Source: Bacteroidota bacterium (GTDB lineage Bacteria; Bacteroidota; Bacteroidia; AKYH767-A; 2013-40CM-41-45). Taken from it: a stretch of DNA of 64,000 nt. The notes beneath the pieces are model-generated. The model was not told the DNA's origin. It made no database searches and saw only the letters and a list, made by a program, of their open reading frames with translations. Positions 1-9,900 of this stretch are shown here, piece by piece (positions within the stretch are counted from its first letter, which is position 1; each line of letters opens with the position of its first letter). Both the position numbers and the translations under genes were made by a program. The DNA lies in assembly GCA_031427625.1 (NCBI GenBank), contig JANPNV010000002.1, positions 36,370 through 100,369 on the forward strand, read 5' to 3'.

Positions 1-399
1 CCGGAAGGAACAATAAGATTTATCGGACGGGAGGTAAGAACATCTGCAATTGAATCAACGGTTGAGGAAGGATGATACGGTTGGCCATTTTGATATAATC
101 CATCGAAGGTGGCAATTCCAATAGTAACAGGACGCTTTGTGTAGTTGTTATTGATATATACATTGCTATCAAGCCAAAGACCCTCATATGGATAATTACC
201 CGGTCTCGAAAAATCATCGATAAAAGGGAGAATTAACGTGTCATTAATAGCCGATAATCTCATTATGCCGGAGGAAGAATTCTGTTGTGTGGCAAGTACA
301 TTGTTGATGCTTAGTGGGAATAGCTGTTCTTGAGCGCTGAGTGGAAAAATTACCAACCCTGAATTCAGGATAACTAAAATTAGGAGGATTTTTTTCATA
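1..399 (-). CDS. hypothetical secreted protein, 5' part only (gene runs off the left edge)
   Basis: Reading the minus strand from an ATG at 399 gives MKKILLILVILNSGLVIFPLSAQEQ..., a hydrophobic signal-peptide-like N-terminus, and the frame stays open to position 1. It is not in the ORF track because it is incomplete. Confidence 0.45.
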
Positions 400-435
400 G
401 AAGTGCAAAAATACAATAACGGTTTTAAAGAACCT

Positions 436-1194
436 TTATCTGAGAGAAATATCCACTCCGTCACCTGATTTTAGGATGGAACCATCATCCGGAGAGGGAG
501 ATTGCTTGTAAACCCTAGCCTCTAAACTATCTTTCTCATCAGCAAATTGAACAGTTCCAAGTGCAAGAGAAAGTCTTTGAAGGGCTGACGCGGCCTCCTT
601 TTTTGTCATACCCGTCAGGTCCGGAATAGGAATATCAATACTATTTAGTCCATCACCCAAAACAAGGTCGATTGTCGATCCTTTCGGAAGCATAGCTCCG
701 GGTTTTATTACTCTGTTATTATAACGCTGTTCGAGTACTGCGTTTTTAGCCAGATCGGTTCTATAGGAAACACTGCCCATAACCAATCCGAAAGATTCAA
801 GCATTGCTTCGGCCTGTCGAAATGATACATCGATAAGATCCGGCATTTTTACGTCTGGTGGCTGAATAGCATTAATGGTCAGATAAATTGTTCGGTTTTC
901 TTTTACCTTGCTTTTAGGAGCAGGATCCTGATCGAGTACTGTTCCCGGGATTTTATCAGAATCGAATAATGAATCAATAACTTTATAATGAAAATTATGA
1001 ATGCTGAGAATTGAATTCAGATTTGAAATTTTTTTCCCGCGTAAGTCAGGAACATCGATGTTTTCTCCATGATGGGTGAAACTGCTAAGCCAGGCAGAAA
1101 GAATAAAAAAACAGGCAATCATTCCTGAAATCAACAGGAAGATATTAAGTATGAAGGTGCGGCTTTTCAGAAAAGAACCTTTCTTGTTCGACAT
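436..1194 (-). CDS. PASTA domain-containing membrane protein
   Basis: An N-terminal TM helix (ILNIFLLISGMIACFFIL) is followed by three about 65-aa repeats of the PASTA pattern (IDVPDLRGKKISNL..., ...PDLIDVSFRQAEAML..., IPIPDLTGMTKKEAASALQ...). It lies immediately downstream of ddl. No kinase or transpeptidase domain is present. Confidence 0.7.
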   Translation of the reverse strand: MSNKKGSFLKSRTFILNIFLLISGMIACFFILSAWLSSFTHHGENIDVPDLRGKKISNLNSILSIHNFHYKVIDSLFDSDKIPGTVLDQDPAPKSKVKENRTIYLTINAIQPPDVKMPDLIDVSFRQAEAMLESFGLVMGSVSYRTDLAKNAVLEQRYNNRVIKPGAMLPKGSTIDLVLGDGLNSIDIPIPDLTGMTKKEAASALQRLSLALGTVQFADEKDSLEARVYKQSPSPDDGSILKSGDGVDISLR

Positions 1195-1202
1195 ATAGTT
1201 TA

Positions 1203-3923
1203 TTAAATATTTACAAGTCTTTGTTTTCTCTTCGTTCCATATGTTAATATGTGATCAATAAAATCATATGGTTTATAACCTGCTAATGCTGTCTGATGAA
1301 AAATACATGTTGCCGGAGTCATACCCGGAAGGGAATTTATTTCGATGAAGATTAATTCGATTCGTGCATCATCATAAATCCTGACGAATGCATCGATACG
1401 GGCATATCCTTCTATGTTAAGTAATGTGGCAACTTTTGCAAATTCACCTTTTACTTTTTCTGAAATCTGAAGTTGCTGCTCTGCTTCGGATGAATAACGT
1501 GCAGGCGTAATATTCTGTCCTTCTCCTGCCAGAAATTTTTCCTCGAGTGACAATACATCTCCTCCGGATAAGGCTTCTGAAGCTTCAAAAACTTCATAGA
1601 TACATTTGCCATCATCGGTCAAAGTAGTTAGCAATCCACCTGTAATTTCTAAAAATCGAGAGGCCCCTGCAGAATCAATTAAAGTTTCGATGAGAAATTG
1701 TTTCTTCCTTGGGAATTCCTCTTTGGGCTTGAGCAATAGCCTTGAAAACTGCTCGGCAGTGAGTTCTTCAGTATCTCTGAAAATTATATCTGCAAAGGTT
1801 GACAACTCTTCGGCATTCTTAATTTTTTTTACGGCGCTGCTGCATCCGTCGTCGACGGGTTTTGCAATAAGCGGAAATTTAAAATTACTATTTACTTCGC
1901 TTAGTAATTTCTTTCTGTCTGATTTCCATTCATCACTATTTACTAATCGATGTTCGGCGACGAGAAATCCGTGTTTCTTAAGAATTTCATTTGTCTCATA
2001 TTTATTAATGGTGATCTTGGATGATTTCACTCCGGAACCATTGTATGGGATTCCTGTTTTCTCGAGATTTCTCTGCACTTCACCATCTTCACCAGGTCTG
2101 CCATGCAGGGCAATGAATGCAATATCGGCAATCTCTGAAAGTTGATCGTATGTTATCTCTTCTGGTTGTAATACATCACGTGCAGAAGCATATTTCCCTG
2201 TAACTCCTTCACAAAGCATCATAATTTCTTTAACGACTTCGTGAACAGAATAATTCAATGCTTTCTCTTTTATATCATCTGCATTGTCTTTCAGCATGGC
2301 ACTGACGGGAATCCTGAATAAACGGTGGTTGTCATCTGAGCCAGTTAGAAATACAGGAACAGGAGTATATTTATCAGACGAGGAAAGTTTTTCATATACA
2401 TTTCTTCCGCTTTCTACTGATATATGTCGTTCACTCGAATATCCTCCCATAATTACTGCGACGCGTATTTTCTTCGACTCACTTTTCCTTACAGCGTCAA
2501 TGTTTTTATCGAGCTGAATGAGTAACGATGAAATGGAAATTTCATTCTTCATATCGCTTAATCGTTCATAGAGGGAAGTCCTGACGATATAAGTGAGAAA
2601 TTGTGATGGGTTCAATCCGATTTCTGCTGCCTGATGAAAGAAGAACGATGATGGCATCATTCCCGATGTAGTATTCGGATCATTCAGGAAAACTCTTCCT
2701 TCCTTGGTTACAAAGCCATCAATGCGTGCATAAACATTAAAATGAAATTCATTAAATAGTCTTTCGCATTCCTTCCTTATTTGCTGAATCTGCTGATAGG
2801 GTAATTCTATCGGCGTAATCTTTCTTGACAGACCGGGAAGATATTTAGATCTGTAGTCGAATAAATCTTTCGTAATCAGAATTTCTGTAGGGGGTAGGGC
2901 GACAGGATTTCCATCGTCGTTACGAATAACTATGCATGAAAATTCTTTACCTTTAATAAATTGTTCAACAACTATTTCACTCTCATCATCACATGCTTTG
3001 ATGCTGATTTTTTTATTCCCGTTTGATAATGCTGTATTGATTTTTTCCAAAAGTTCTTCAGGATGAAAAATTTTTGTCATTTGTCCCTCGATGCTTATCC
3101 ATACAGGCATACCGAGACCTTCACGAATATCAGAAAGCGATCTTACGTAATTAACTTTTTGGAGGTCATTCAGAATCTTCCATTGATCGGAATATATTTC
3201 GCGAATAAAAAATGCGGCATTAAATGAATCAGTAATCAGCGTCTTGTCTTCTTTTGAGACCACACTGACTCCAATAGACGATCCCTGATGAGCAGGTTTT
3301 ACAACACAGGGAAATCCGACTTCTTTTCTGATATCTTCTATGACATTTTTTAAATTTTCCTCGTTCCAATCAGATTTCTTCAGTGTAATAAACATCGGTC
3401 CGTCGAATCCCGATTTTTTCATCAGGTATTTCTGAACGGATTTATTTATTCCTATTGATGAAGATAAAATCCCGGATCCGGAATATGGTATTGAATAATA
3501 TTCGAGCAATCCCTGTATGCGTCCGTCTTCGCCATAAGGCCCATGCAGACATAGAAACGCAAAATCGATGATAGTATGTAATTCGGACGGATCAATGATG
3601 TGGCCGATGTTTTTAACGAGTTCCTTCTGCTGACTTCTATCGAGGTTGCCAAGGCTTTCAGAATAAATCTGAAAATTGTTAAGAGACTTGGGGAAAGCAT
3701 TTGCTGGCGGATAGAAATCACGTATGCTTCCTTTGTAAACATATTGCCAGTCGAGATGAATGAAATTCCCAAAGCTGTCCACGAAAAGAGGAACCGCTTC
3801 GAAAAGGGATTTGTTCAGATTATCAAAAACTGTCCGTCCTCCGGCAAATGAAATTTCCCTTTCCCGCGAAAACCCGCCGAATATTATTCCAACTTTTATC
3901 TTCATTATGGCAAAGTTAATCAA
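1203..3923 (-). CDS. ddl: D-alanine--D-alanine ligase family protein with two complete Ddl-like ATP-grasp modules fused in tandem (906 aa)
   Basis: Both halves start with the Ddl N-terminal signature (KIKVGIIFGGFSREREIS and KIRVAVIMGGYSSERHISVESG). Each carries ATP-grasp and C-terminal motifs (ARIDGFV.../FLNDPNTTSGM and ARIDAFV.../EINSLPGMTP). Confidence 0.75.
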   Translation of the reverse strand: MINFAIMKIKVGIIFGGFSREREISFAGGRTVFDNLNKSLFEAVPLFVDSFGNFIHLDWQYVYKGSIRDFYPPANAFPKSLNNFQIYSESLGNLDRSQQKELVKNIGHIIDPSELHTIIDFAFLCLHGPYGEDGRIQGLLEYYSIPYSGSGILSSSIGINKSVQKYLMKKSGFDGPMFITLKKSDWNEENLKNVIEDIRKEVGFPCVVKPAHQGSSIGVSVVSKEDKTLITDSFNAAFFIREIYSDQWKILNDLQKVNYVRSLSDIREGLGMPVWISIEGQMTKIFHPEELLEKINTALSNGNKKISIKACDDESEIVVEQFIKGKEFSCIVIRNDDGNPVALPPTEILITKDLFDYRSKYLPGLSRKITPIELPYQQIQQIRKECERLFNEFHFNVYARIDGFVTKEGRVFLNDPNTTSGMMPSSFFFHQAAEIGLNPSQFLTYIVRTSLYERLSDMKNEISISSLLIQLDKNIDAVRKSESKKIRVAVIMGGYSSERHISVESGRNVYEKLSSSDKYTPVPVFLTGSDDNHRLFRIPVSAMLKDNADDIKEKALNYSVHEVVKEIMMLCEGVTGKYASARDVLQPEEITYDQLSEIADIAFIALHGRPGEDGEVQRNLEKTGIPYNGSGVKSSKITINKYETNEILKKHGFLVAEHRLVNSDEWKSDRKKLLSEVNSNFKFPLIAKPVDDGCSSAVKKIKNAEELSTFADIIFRDTEELTAEQFSRLLLKPKEEFPRKKQFLIETLIDSAGASRFLEITGGLLTTLTDDGKCIYEVFEASEALSGGDVLSLEEKFLAGEGQNITPARYSSEAEQQLQISEKVKGEFAKVATLLNIEGYARIDAFVRIYDDARIELIFIEINSLPGMTPATCIFHQTALAGYKPYDFIDHILTYGTKRKQRLVNI

Positions 3924-4014
3924 TTCAACCCCTTCACGTGGTTATGATAAGAGACTTTTCAAATCAGTATGTTCAAAAGTTGATGGCAGAACCATTCTCC
4001 TGAATCTTTTGACT

Positions 4015-6129
4015 TTATTTCAAGTTCATCCCCAGATTATACATCAAAAATGAAAATATATCTGACTGTTCATCGATTTGTTTGTTGACAGGTTTTGATG
4101 ATCCCAATGGAGTACTGCTGGCATGACCTGAATCTACATCAATGCGAATCAACTGAGGGTTTTTTCCTTTGTATTTCTCCTGCAAAGTGGCAATGAATTT
4201 AAATGAATGTGCAGGAACAACTCTGTCATCGTGATCGCCGGTTATAACAAGCGTTGCTGGATACTCAATATTCGCTCTAATGTTGTGTAAAGGAGAGTAT
4301 GTTAGAAGGTTTTTAAAATTGATTTCGTCTTCGCTGGATCCATAGTCACCTTTCCATGCCCAGCCAATTGTGAACTTATGATAACGAAGCATATCCAATA
4401 CGCCGACAACAGGAATAGCTACTTTGAAAAGTTCGGGACGCTGCGTCATTACTGCTCCAACAAGCAAACCCCCGTTCGATCGTCCGCTGATGGCCATTTT
4501 TGATGGGTTTGTATATTTTTCTCTGATGAGGTATTCTGCGGCTGCAATAAAATCGTCGAAGACATTTTGTTTTTTAAGTTTCGTTCCTGCTTCATGCCAG
4601 TCTTCTCCATATTCACCACCACCACGAATACATGCCTGAACAAAAACACCACCGTTTTCGAGAAATACTAAACGCTCAATTTTGAAATCCGGTATTTTTG
4701 AAATATTAAATCCACCATAACCAAATAACAGCGTTGGATTATTACCGTCGAATTTAATTCCCTTTTTATGAACGACGAACATTGGAATTTTTGTGCCGTC
4801 TTTACCGGGGTAAAAAATTTCTTTTGTTTCATAATTATCAGAATTAAAATCCATTGTTGGTCGAAAATAGGATTCCAGTTTTTTTGAATTCAGGTCGTAC
4901 TTATAAATAACAGTCGGTGAGGTAAACGTATTCAATGCAAAGAAAAAATTCACATCTTTTTTTGAGGCTGAAAACTGATCAGCAGAACCAAGAGTTGGTA
5001 GTTCAATCTCGCCTAATAATTCTCCTGTTTTAGAAAACATTTTAATAACACTTATTGCATCCTTCATATAGCGGGCAATAAAAATGTTGTTCCCAACGGT
5101 CACTTGCTGTAAGACATCCTTGCTTGCGGGAATAATATCTTTCCAGGCAGCTGTCGGGTTTTCCGCATCCATCATGACAAGTCGATAATTCGAAGCTTTA
5201 GAATTTGTAAGAACATAAATCTTTGAACTGTCGTTATCAATTACAGAAAAGTCCTGATCAAAAGTTGATACGAGTGTTACAAAAGGCGAATTATTATTTT
5301 TTAAATTTTGAACAACGAGATTATTTCCACTGGTACCTTCAGATCCTGATATAAACAAGTAATCCTCATTGTCGGAAACTCCGGCTACAAAATTGCGCAA
5401 GGGGTGTTCCCTGTCCTGAAAAATGAGTCTATCGTGTTCCTGAGGATTGTTAATTTGATGATAATAAATTTTGTGATATTCATTTTTGCCTTTATGAATA
5501 TTTGCGGAATCAGGGGCATCATATCGAGAGTAATAAAATCCATTATCTCTCCATCCAATTCCTGAAAATTTTATCCAGTCTAATTTATCGCTTAACTGAT
5601 TTCCGTTTGAGGTGTTTTTTACAAAAATCTCACTCCAGTCACTCCCAGCTCTTGAAATAGTATAGGCAAGAAACATTCCATCGTGTGAAGCAGCCAGAGT
5701 AGACATATTTGCAGTACCATCAGTCGTAAGTAAATTGGGGTCAATAAAAACTTCGGGTTTAGCCGAAGGGCCTCCTCTCAGAATATTTAATACGAACTGA
5801 TTTTGCAGCCCATTGTTCGTATACATGAAATAGTTGTTGCCTGCTTTAAAGGGAGAAGATGCTTTTTGGAAATTCCACATTTGTGTCAGTCTTTCTTTTA
5901 CATGAGCACGAAAAGGAATTTTCATCATATAATCCTCTGTATACTTGTTCTCTTCTTTTACCCAGGCTGCAGTTTCAGTCGATCGATCATCTTCCAGCCA
6001 GCGATAAGGATCCATGATAGTTTTTCCAAAGTAAATATCAGATTGATCAGACTTTCTTGTTTGCGGCTGTGCCATGGCATTGATTATTATTAGTACTGCG
6101 ACTGCGATCAGGCATAAAGTTTTCATCAT
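4015..6129 (-). CDS. prolyl oligopeptidase (S9A family serine peptidase), secreted
   Basis: It has a signal peptide, an N-terminal beta-propeller region with DPYRWLED, and a C-terminal alpha/beta-hydrolase with the catalytic serine motif GRSNGGLL. Confidence 0.85.
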   Translation of the reverse strand: MMKTLCLIAVAVLIIINAMAQPQTRKSDQSDIYFGKTIMDPYRWLEDDRSTETAAWVKEENKYTEDYMMKIPFRAHVKERLTQMWNFQKASSPFKAGNNYFMYTNNGLQNQFVLNILRGGPSAKPEVFIDPNLLTTDGTANMSTLAASHDGMFLAYTISRAGSDWSEIFVKNTSNGNQLSDKLDWIKFSGIGWRDNGFYYSRYDAPDSANIHKGKNEYHKIYYHQINNPQEHDRLIFQDREHPLRNFVAGVSDNEDYLFISGSEGTSGNNLVVQNLKNNNSPFVTLVSTFDQDFSVIDNDSSKIYVLTNSKASNYRLVMMDAENPTAAWKDIIPASKDVLQQVTVGNNIFIARYMKDAISVIKMFSKTGELLGEIELPTLGSADQFSASKKDVNFFFALNTFTSPTVIYKYDLNSKKLESYFRPTMDFNSDNYETKEIFYPGKDGTKIPMFVVHKKGIKFDGNNPTLLFGYGGFNISKIPDFKIERLVFLENGGVFVQACIRGGGEYGEDWHEAGTKLKKQNVFDDFIAAAEYLIREKYTNPSKMAISGRSNGGLLVGAVMTQRPELFKVAIPVVGVLDMLRYHKFTIGWAWKGDYGSSEDEINFKNLLTYSPLHNIRANIEYPATLVITGDHDDRVVPAHSFKFIATLQEKYKGKNPQLIRIDVDSGHASSTPLGSSKPVNKQIDEQSDIFSFLMYNLGMNLK

Positions 6130-6434
6130 TTTAAGTAAAATTTGGGAGGGGTGAAACTAATGAATTAGACGGTATTATTAAAAAATGAATCAATCATAAT
6201 TACTTATATACTAGCCTTTTAATTCATGTTATTGAATCCCGTTCGTACAGTATCGAAAATTCACATCAATTTATCATCTATTCACAATGCATTATTGAAT
6301 GTTTACATAATAACCAAAAAATGAAAGCCTGTATCCCCATAATTTCGAAACGTCATTTCGTTCTTTATTAAATAATGCAGGAACTTTTCCGGAGTCAGTG
6401 AATCCCCTCAACCCCCTCAGCTCAGGAATTTTTC

Positions 6435-6489
6435 GGTAGCGACCAACAAGTCTTCGTGTTTCCAACTTGATTTTTTGACGGTCGCTACC
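6435..6489. other. long inverted repeat: 10-bp stem (GGTAGCGACC/GGTCGCTACC) around a 35-nt loop that holds a nested 5-bp stem
   Basis: The 5' arm ggtagcgacc at 6435-6444 is the exact reverse complement of ggtcgctacc at 6480-6489. Inside the loop, caagt and acttg also pair. Confidence 0.5.
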
Positions 6490-6545
6490 AGCACCTGCTT
6501 ACTATAAAAGTTCTTATAGGTTTTGTTTAGTTAATTAGTAAAAAA

Positions 6546-6582
6546 AATGCTGCAGCCGGTGAATCTGCGGCATTTTTTTTTA
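6546..6582. terminator. bidirectional rho-independent terminator
   Basis: An A7 tract is followed by the stem tgctgcag/ctgcggca (8 bp including one G-U pair) with loop ccggtgaat, then a T9 tract, so it terminates on either strand. Confidence 0.55.
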
Positions 6583-6866
6583 ATTTTTTTTATCATGATA
6601 ATTCTGTCATTCACCAATTAAAATTGAGCTAGCTCTGTTAATATGATTAATTTGTATTCAACAATACAAAATGAATCAATCACAGCTATATTACTTAGGG
6701 TTTTTTCCAAAGGATGATTATCAACGATTGCTCTTTGAAGACTTCCGGAACCTCAGAGCACTCTTTGGAACACCACATCGATATGCATATCTGAGGTCAC
6801 TCGCACGAACAAGAAAACATACGCGCACTGTATATCCACCGGGATGGAAATTTATGTAACAAAAAG

Positions 6867-6900
6867 ACCCCCCGGCAAACCAAAACCGGGGGATCAGAAC
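6867..6900 (-). terminator. rho-independent terminator of the giant adhesin gene
   Basis: On the minus strand the sequence reads atcccccgg-ttttggtttg-ccggggggt followed by ctttttgtt. It starts about 35 nt after the stop codon at 6929. Confidence 0.55.
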
Positions 6901-6928
6901 ACACCATGAAAAGCCAAACGCACTTTCT

Positions 6929-9900
6929 TTAATAAACAATACTTACGTGACCCACCCATTCTGAGTGTTTACCGTCAAGTCCTGTTCCAACAATTTTATA
7001 TACATAGGTATCTGCCTGACATTTTCTGCCTTGATAAAAGCCATCCCAGGAGCCGTCAAGTCCTTCCCATGATGTTATCATCTTTCCCCACCTGTCAAAA
7101 ACCCAAACTTTTATTTCTTCCATATTAGTATGATAAGGACGGAAAACATCGTTTCTACCATCACCGTTAGGAGTAAAACAATTAGCAATAAATAAAGTTG
7201 AATGTAATTTTATTTCAATCTTTTTCATGATCGTATCACGACATCCATAATTATTTACCGTAATTAGCATAGCTGAGTATACTCCTGTATCTGCAAACGT
7301 ATGTGTCGGATTCAACTCTGTTGATGTTCCGGAACCATCTCCGAAAATCCATTGATAAGTTTGGAAATTTTGTGAGTTATTATCAAAATGTACCACAGGC
7401 ATTTGAATATCGGTTTCCATTGGGTCAGCCGAAAAATCAGCTGTTGGCTGAGGATATACTTTGACTATTCCACTACGTGAATAAGAAGCCTGACAACCAA
7501 AATCAGAAATTACAGTAAGTGATACATCATAACTACCTGTGTTATTATAACTATGATGAGGTTGCGCATCAGTAGAAAATACACCATCACCAAAATTCCA
7601 TAACCATCCGGCAATTGATCCCGATGAAATGGCTGCTTGATGGAAAAATCCTGCACTAACGGGAGAGCATCCTTCTGTTCCTGCATTGAATGTTACAGTA
7701 GGATTCGGATGTACGACTACCTGTCTTGCTACTGAACCGATACAACCTTTATCCGATACAGTTGTAAGTGAAGCTGTATAGGTTCCCGGTGCCCCATATG
7801 TATGTGGAGGATTAAATTGTGATGATTGTTGGCTGTCACCAAAAGTCCAGCTATAGCTGCTAATTGATCCACTCAGTACTGCTGATTGATTGCTGAAATA
7901 TGTCGGAGAATTCTGACAAGTTTCATTCGTGGAAAATGAAGCAACAGGATTTGCATATACTATCAAACGATCTGAAGTTGTTCCTGAACATCCCATCGCT
8001 GATGTTGCAGTAAGTGAAACATTGTATGCCCCAGGTGTATTGAAAGTGTGGTTAAAAGTGGAGGAAGATGATGTATATCCATTGCCAACTGTCCACGAAT
8101 ATTGCATGTTACCTCCTACATTTGTGGAGGCAGTGAATTGCGCAGGGCTTCCTGCGCATGCATTGGCAATGGAAATATTAACTGTTGGATGCGAAAATGC
8201 AGCTACTGTATCACTGTATCTTGCCTGACAACCAAAATTTGTGATCGCAAGCAACTCAACATTATATGCTCCCGAATCAGTATACATGTGTATCGGATTG
8301 ATTTCAACGGATGAAGTTCCGTCTCCAAAAGTCCAAAGTGAACTTGTTATATTTCCATCTTGAGTAGTGGACTGATTGCTGAATGAAATTGGAGCTCCCG
8401 CACAATTATCAGGCGCAACGAAACGTGCCATCGGCGGAATATGTACTAATGAATTCTGTGATGCATTTGCGCTACAACCATGAGATGATACTACCGTAAG
8501 ATTAATATTATAATTTCCGGATGATTGAAATTGATGTTGAGGATTTAATGATGTTGAAACCTGTCCGTCACCAAATGTCCAGTTACTTGTAAATGGTTCT
8601 CCTCCCGGTACTGCAGACTGATTTACAAATTGAGTCTGACTACCCAGACAAACATCTGCAGTAGCAAATCCAGGAATAGGTTGAGGAAATATATTAAGGT
8701 TCATATTTCCTGTTGATGAGCAACCTTGATCTGAGACTGCAGTAAGTATTACATTAAATGTTCCTGAAGCTGCGTAATTATAAACCGGTGAATTTTGCAC
8801 TGATGTATTTCCATCATTAAAATTCCATTGATAAGAAGCAATAGTGCCGGAAGATATTGTTGATGAATTTTGAAATGCCACCGGACTTCCAAAACAAACA
8901 TCTTGTGCTGCAATTACTACCTGAGGTAATGGGTAAATATTTATATTCTGTGATATTGAATCTCTGCAGCCAGATGAAGAAGTGACCACAAGGCTTATAG
9001 GATAATTCCCAGATGAGGTATAAATATGTGACGGTTGAAGGCTGGACGATGTTGAATTGTCACCGAAAGTCCAATAAGCAGATTGAATTGTTCCCGCAGA
9101 AACCGATGAAGTATTATTGAAGACAACAGCTGTTCCCTCGCATGACGGTGTTGTCTGAAATGCAGCTGTCGGAACAGGATAAACAACAACCTGAGTTGAT
9201 GTTGTATCTGTACATCCATTTGCAGAAGTGACAATTAGAGCTATGGTATAATTTCCAGCTGTTGCATATTGAACGACAGGTTGAGCAAATATCGAAGTAT
9301 TACCATTCCCGAAATTCCACTGATAAGATAAATTTCCTGTTCCCTGCGAAACTGAAGTATTAACCAGACTGATGTTTTTATTCTCACAACTGTTTGAAAA
9401 AATAAAACCTGCTCTTGGAACATCTTTAACAGTGACACTGTGAGTTACCGAAGAGGAACATCCATTATTACTTGTAACTATTAAAGTTGAATTATATGTT
9501 CCGGCCGATGTAAACAAATGTGATGGAGTAAAGGATGCCGATGCCCCTCCGTCGCCGAATATCCAATTGTATGCATTCAAAGTTCCTGATGAAATTGTAC
9601 TTTGATTTGTAAAAACCATTGGTGTATTTCTACAGGTTGCATTAGTTGCAAATTCAGCCACCGGCTTTGGGTTTACAATTGCCTGACCGGTAAATAGAGC
9701 CGAACAACCGAGCGTTGAAGTTATATTGAGAGTTACAGGAAACGTTCCTGTCGAACTATAAATATGGGATGCATTGAAAGAAGCTGATGAATATCCATCA
9801 CCGAAATTCCAAACTGCGCTCTGAATTGTTCCGCTCGAAATTGAAACTGCATATTGAAATTGAGTGGCACTTCCAAAACATGCAGGAGATGCAGAAAGTG

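Noticed and set aside
1606-4053. Plus-strand ORFs overlapping ddl (1606-2145, 2284-2517, 3600-3851, 3760-4053)
   Set aside because: They are antisense to a well-supported ddl coding sequence and have no recognisable motifs.
6671-6859. 62-aa ORF in the long intergenic region, read as a real small-protein gene
   Set aside because: It is kept only as part of finding 6130-6928. It has no recognisable domain, its composition is unremarkable, and it could equally be non-coding RNA or spacer. Sequence alone cannot settle this.
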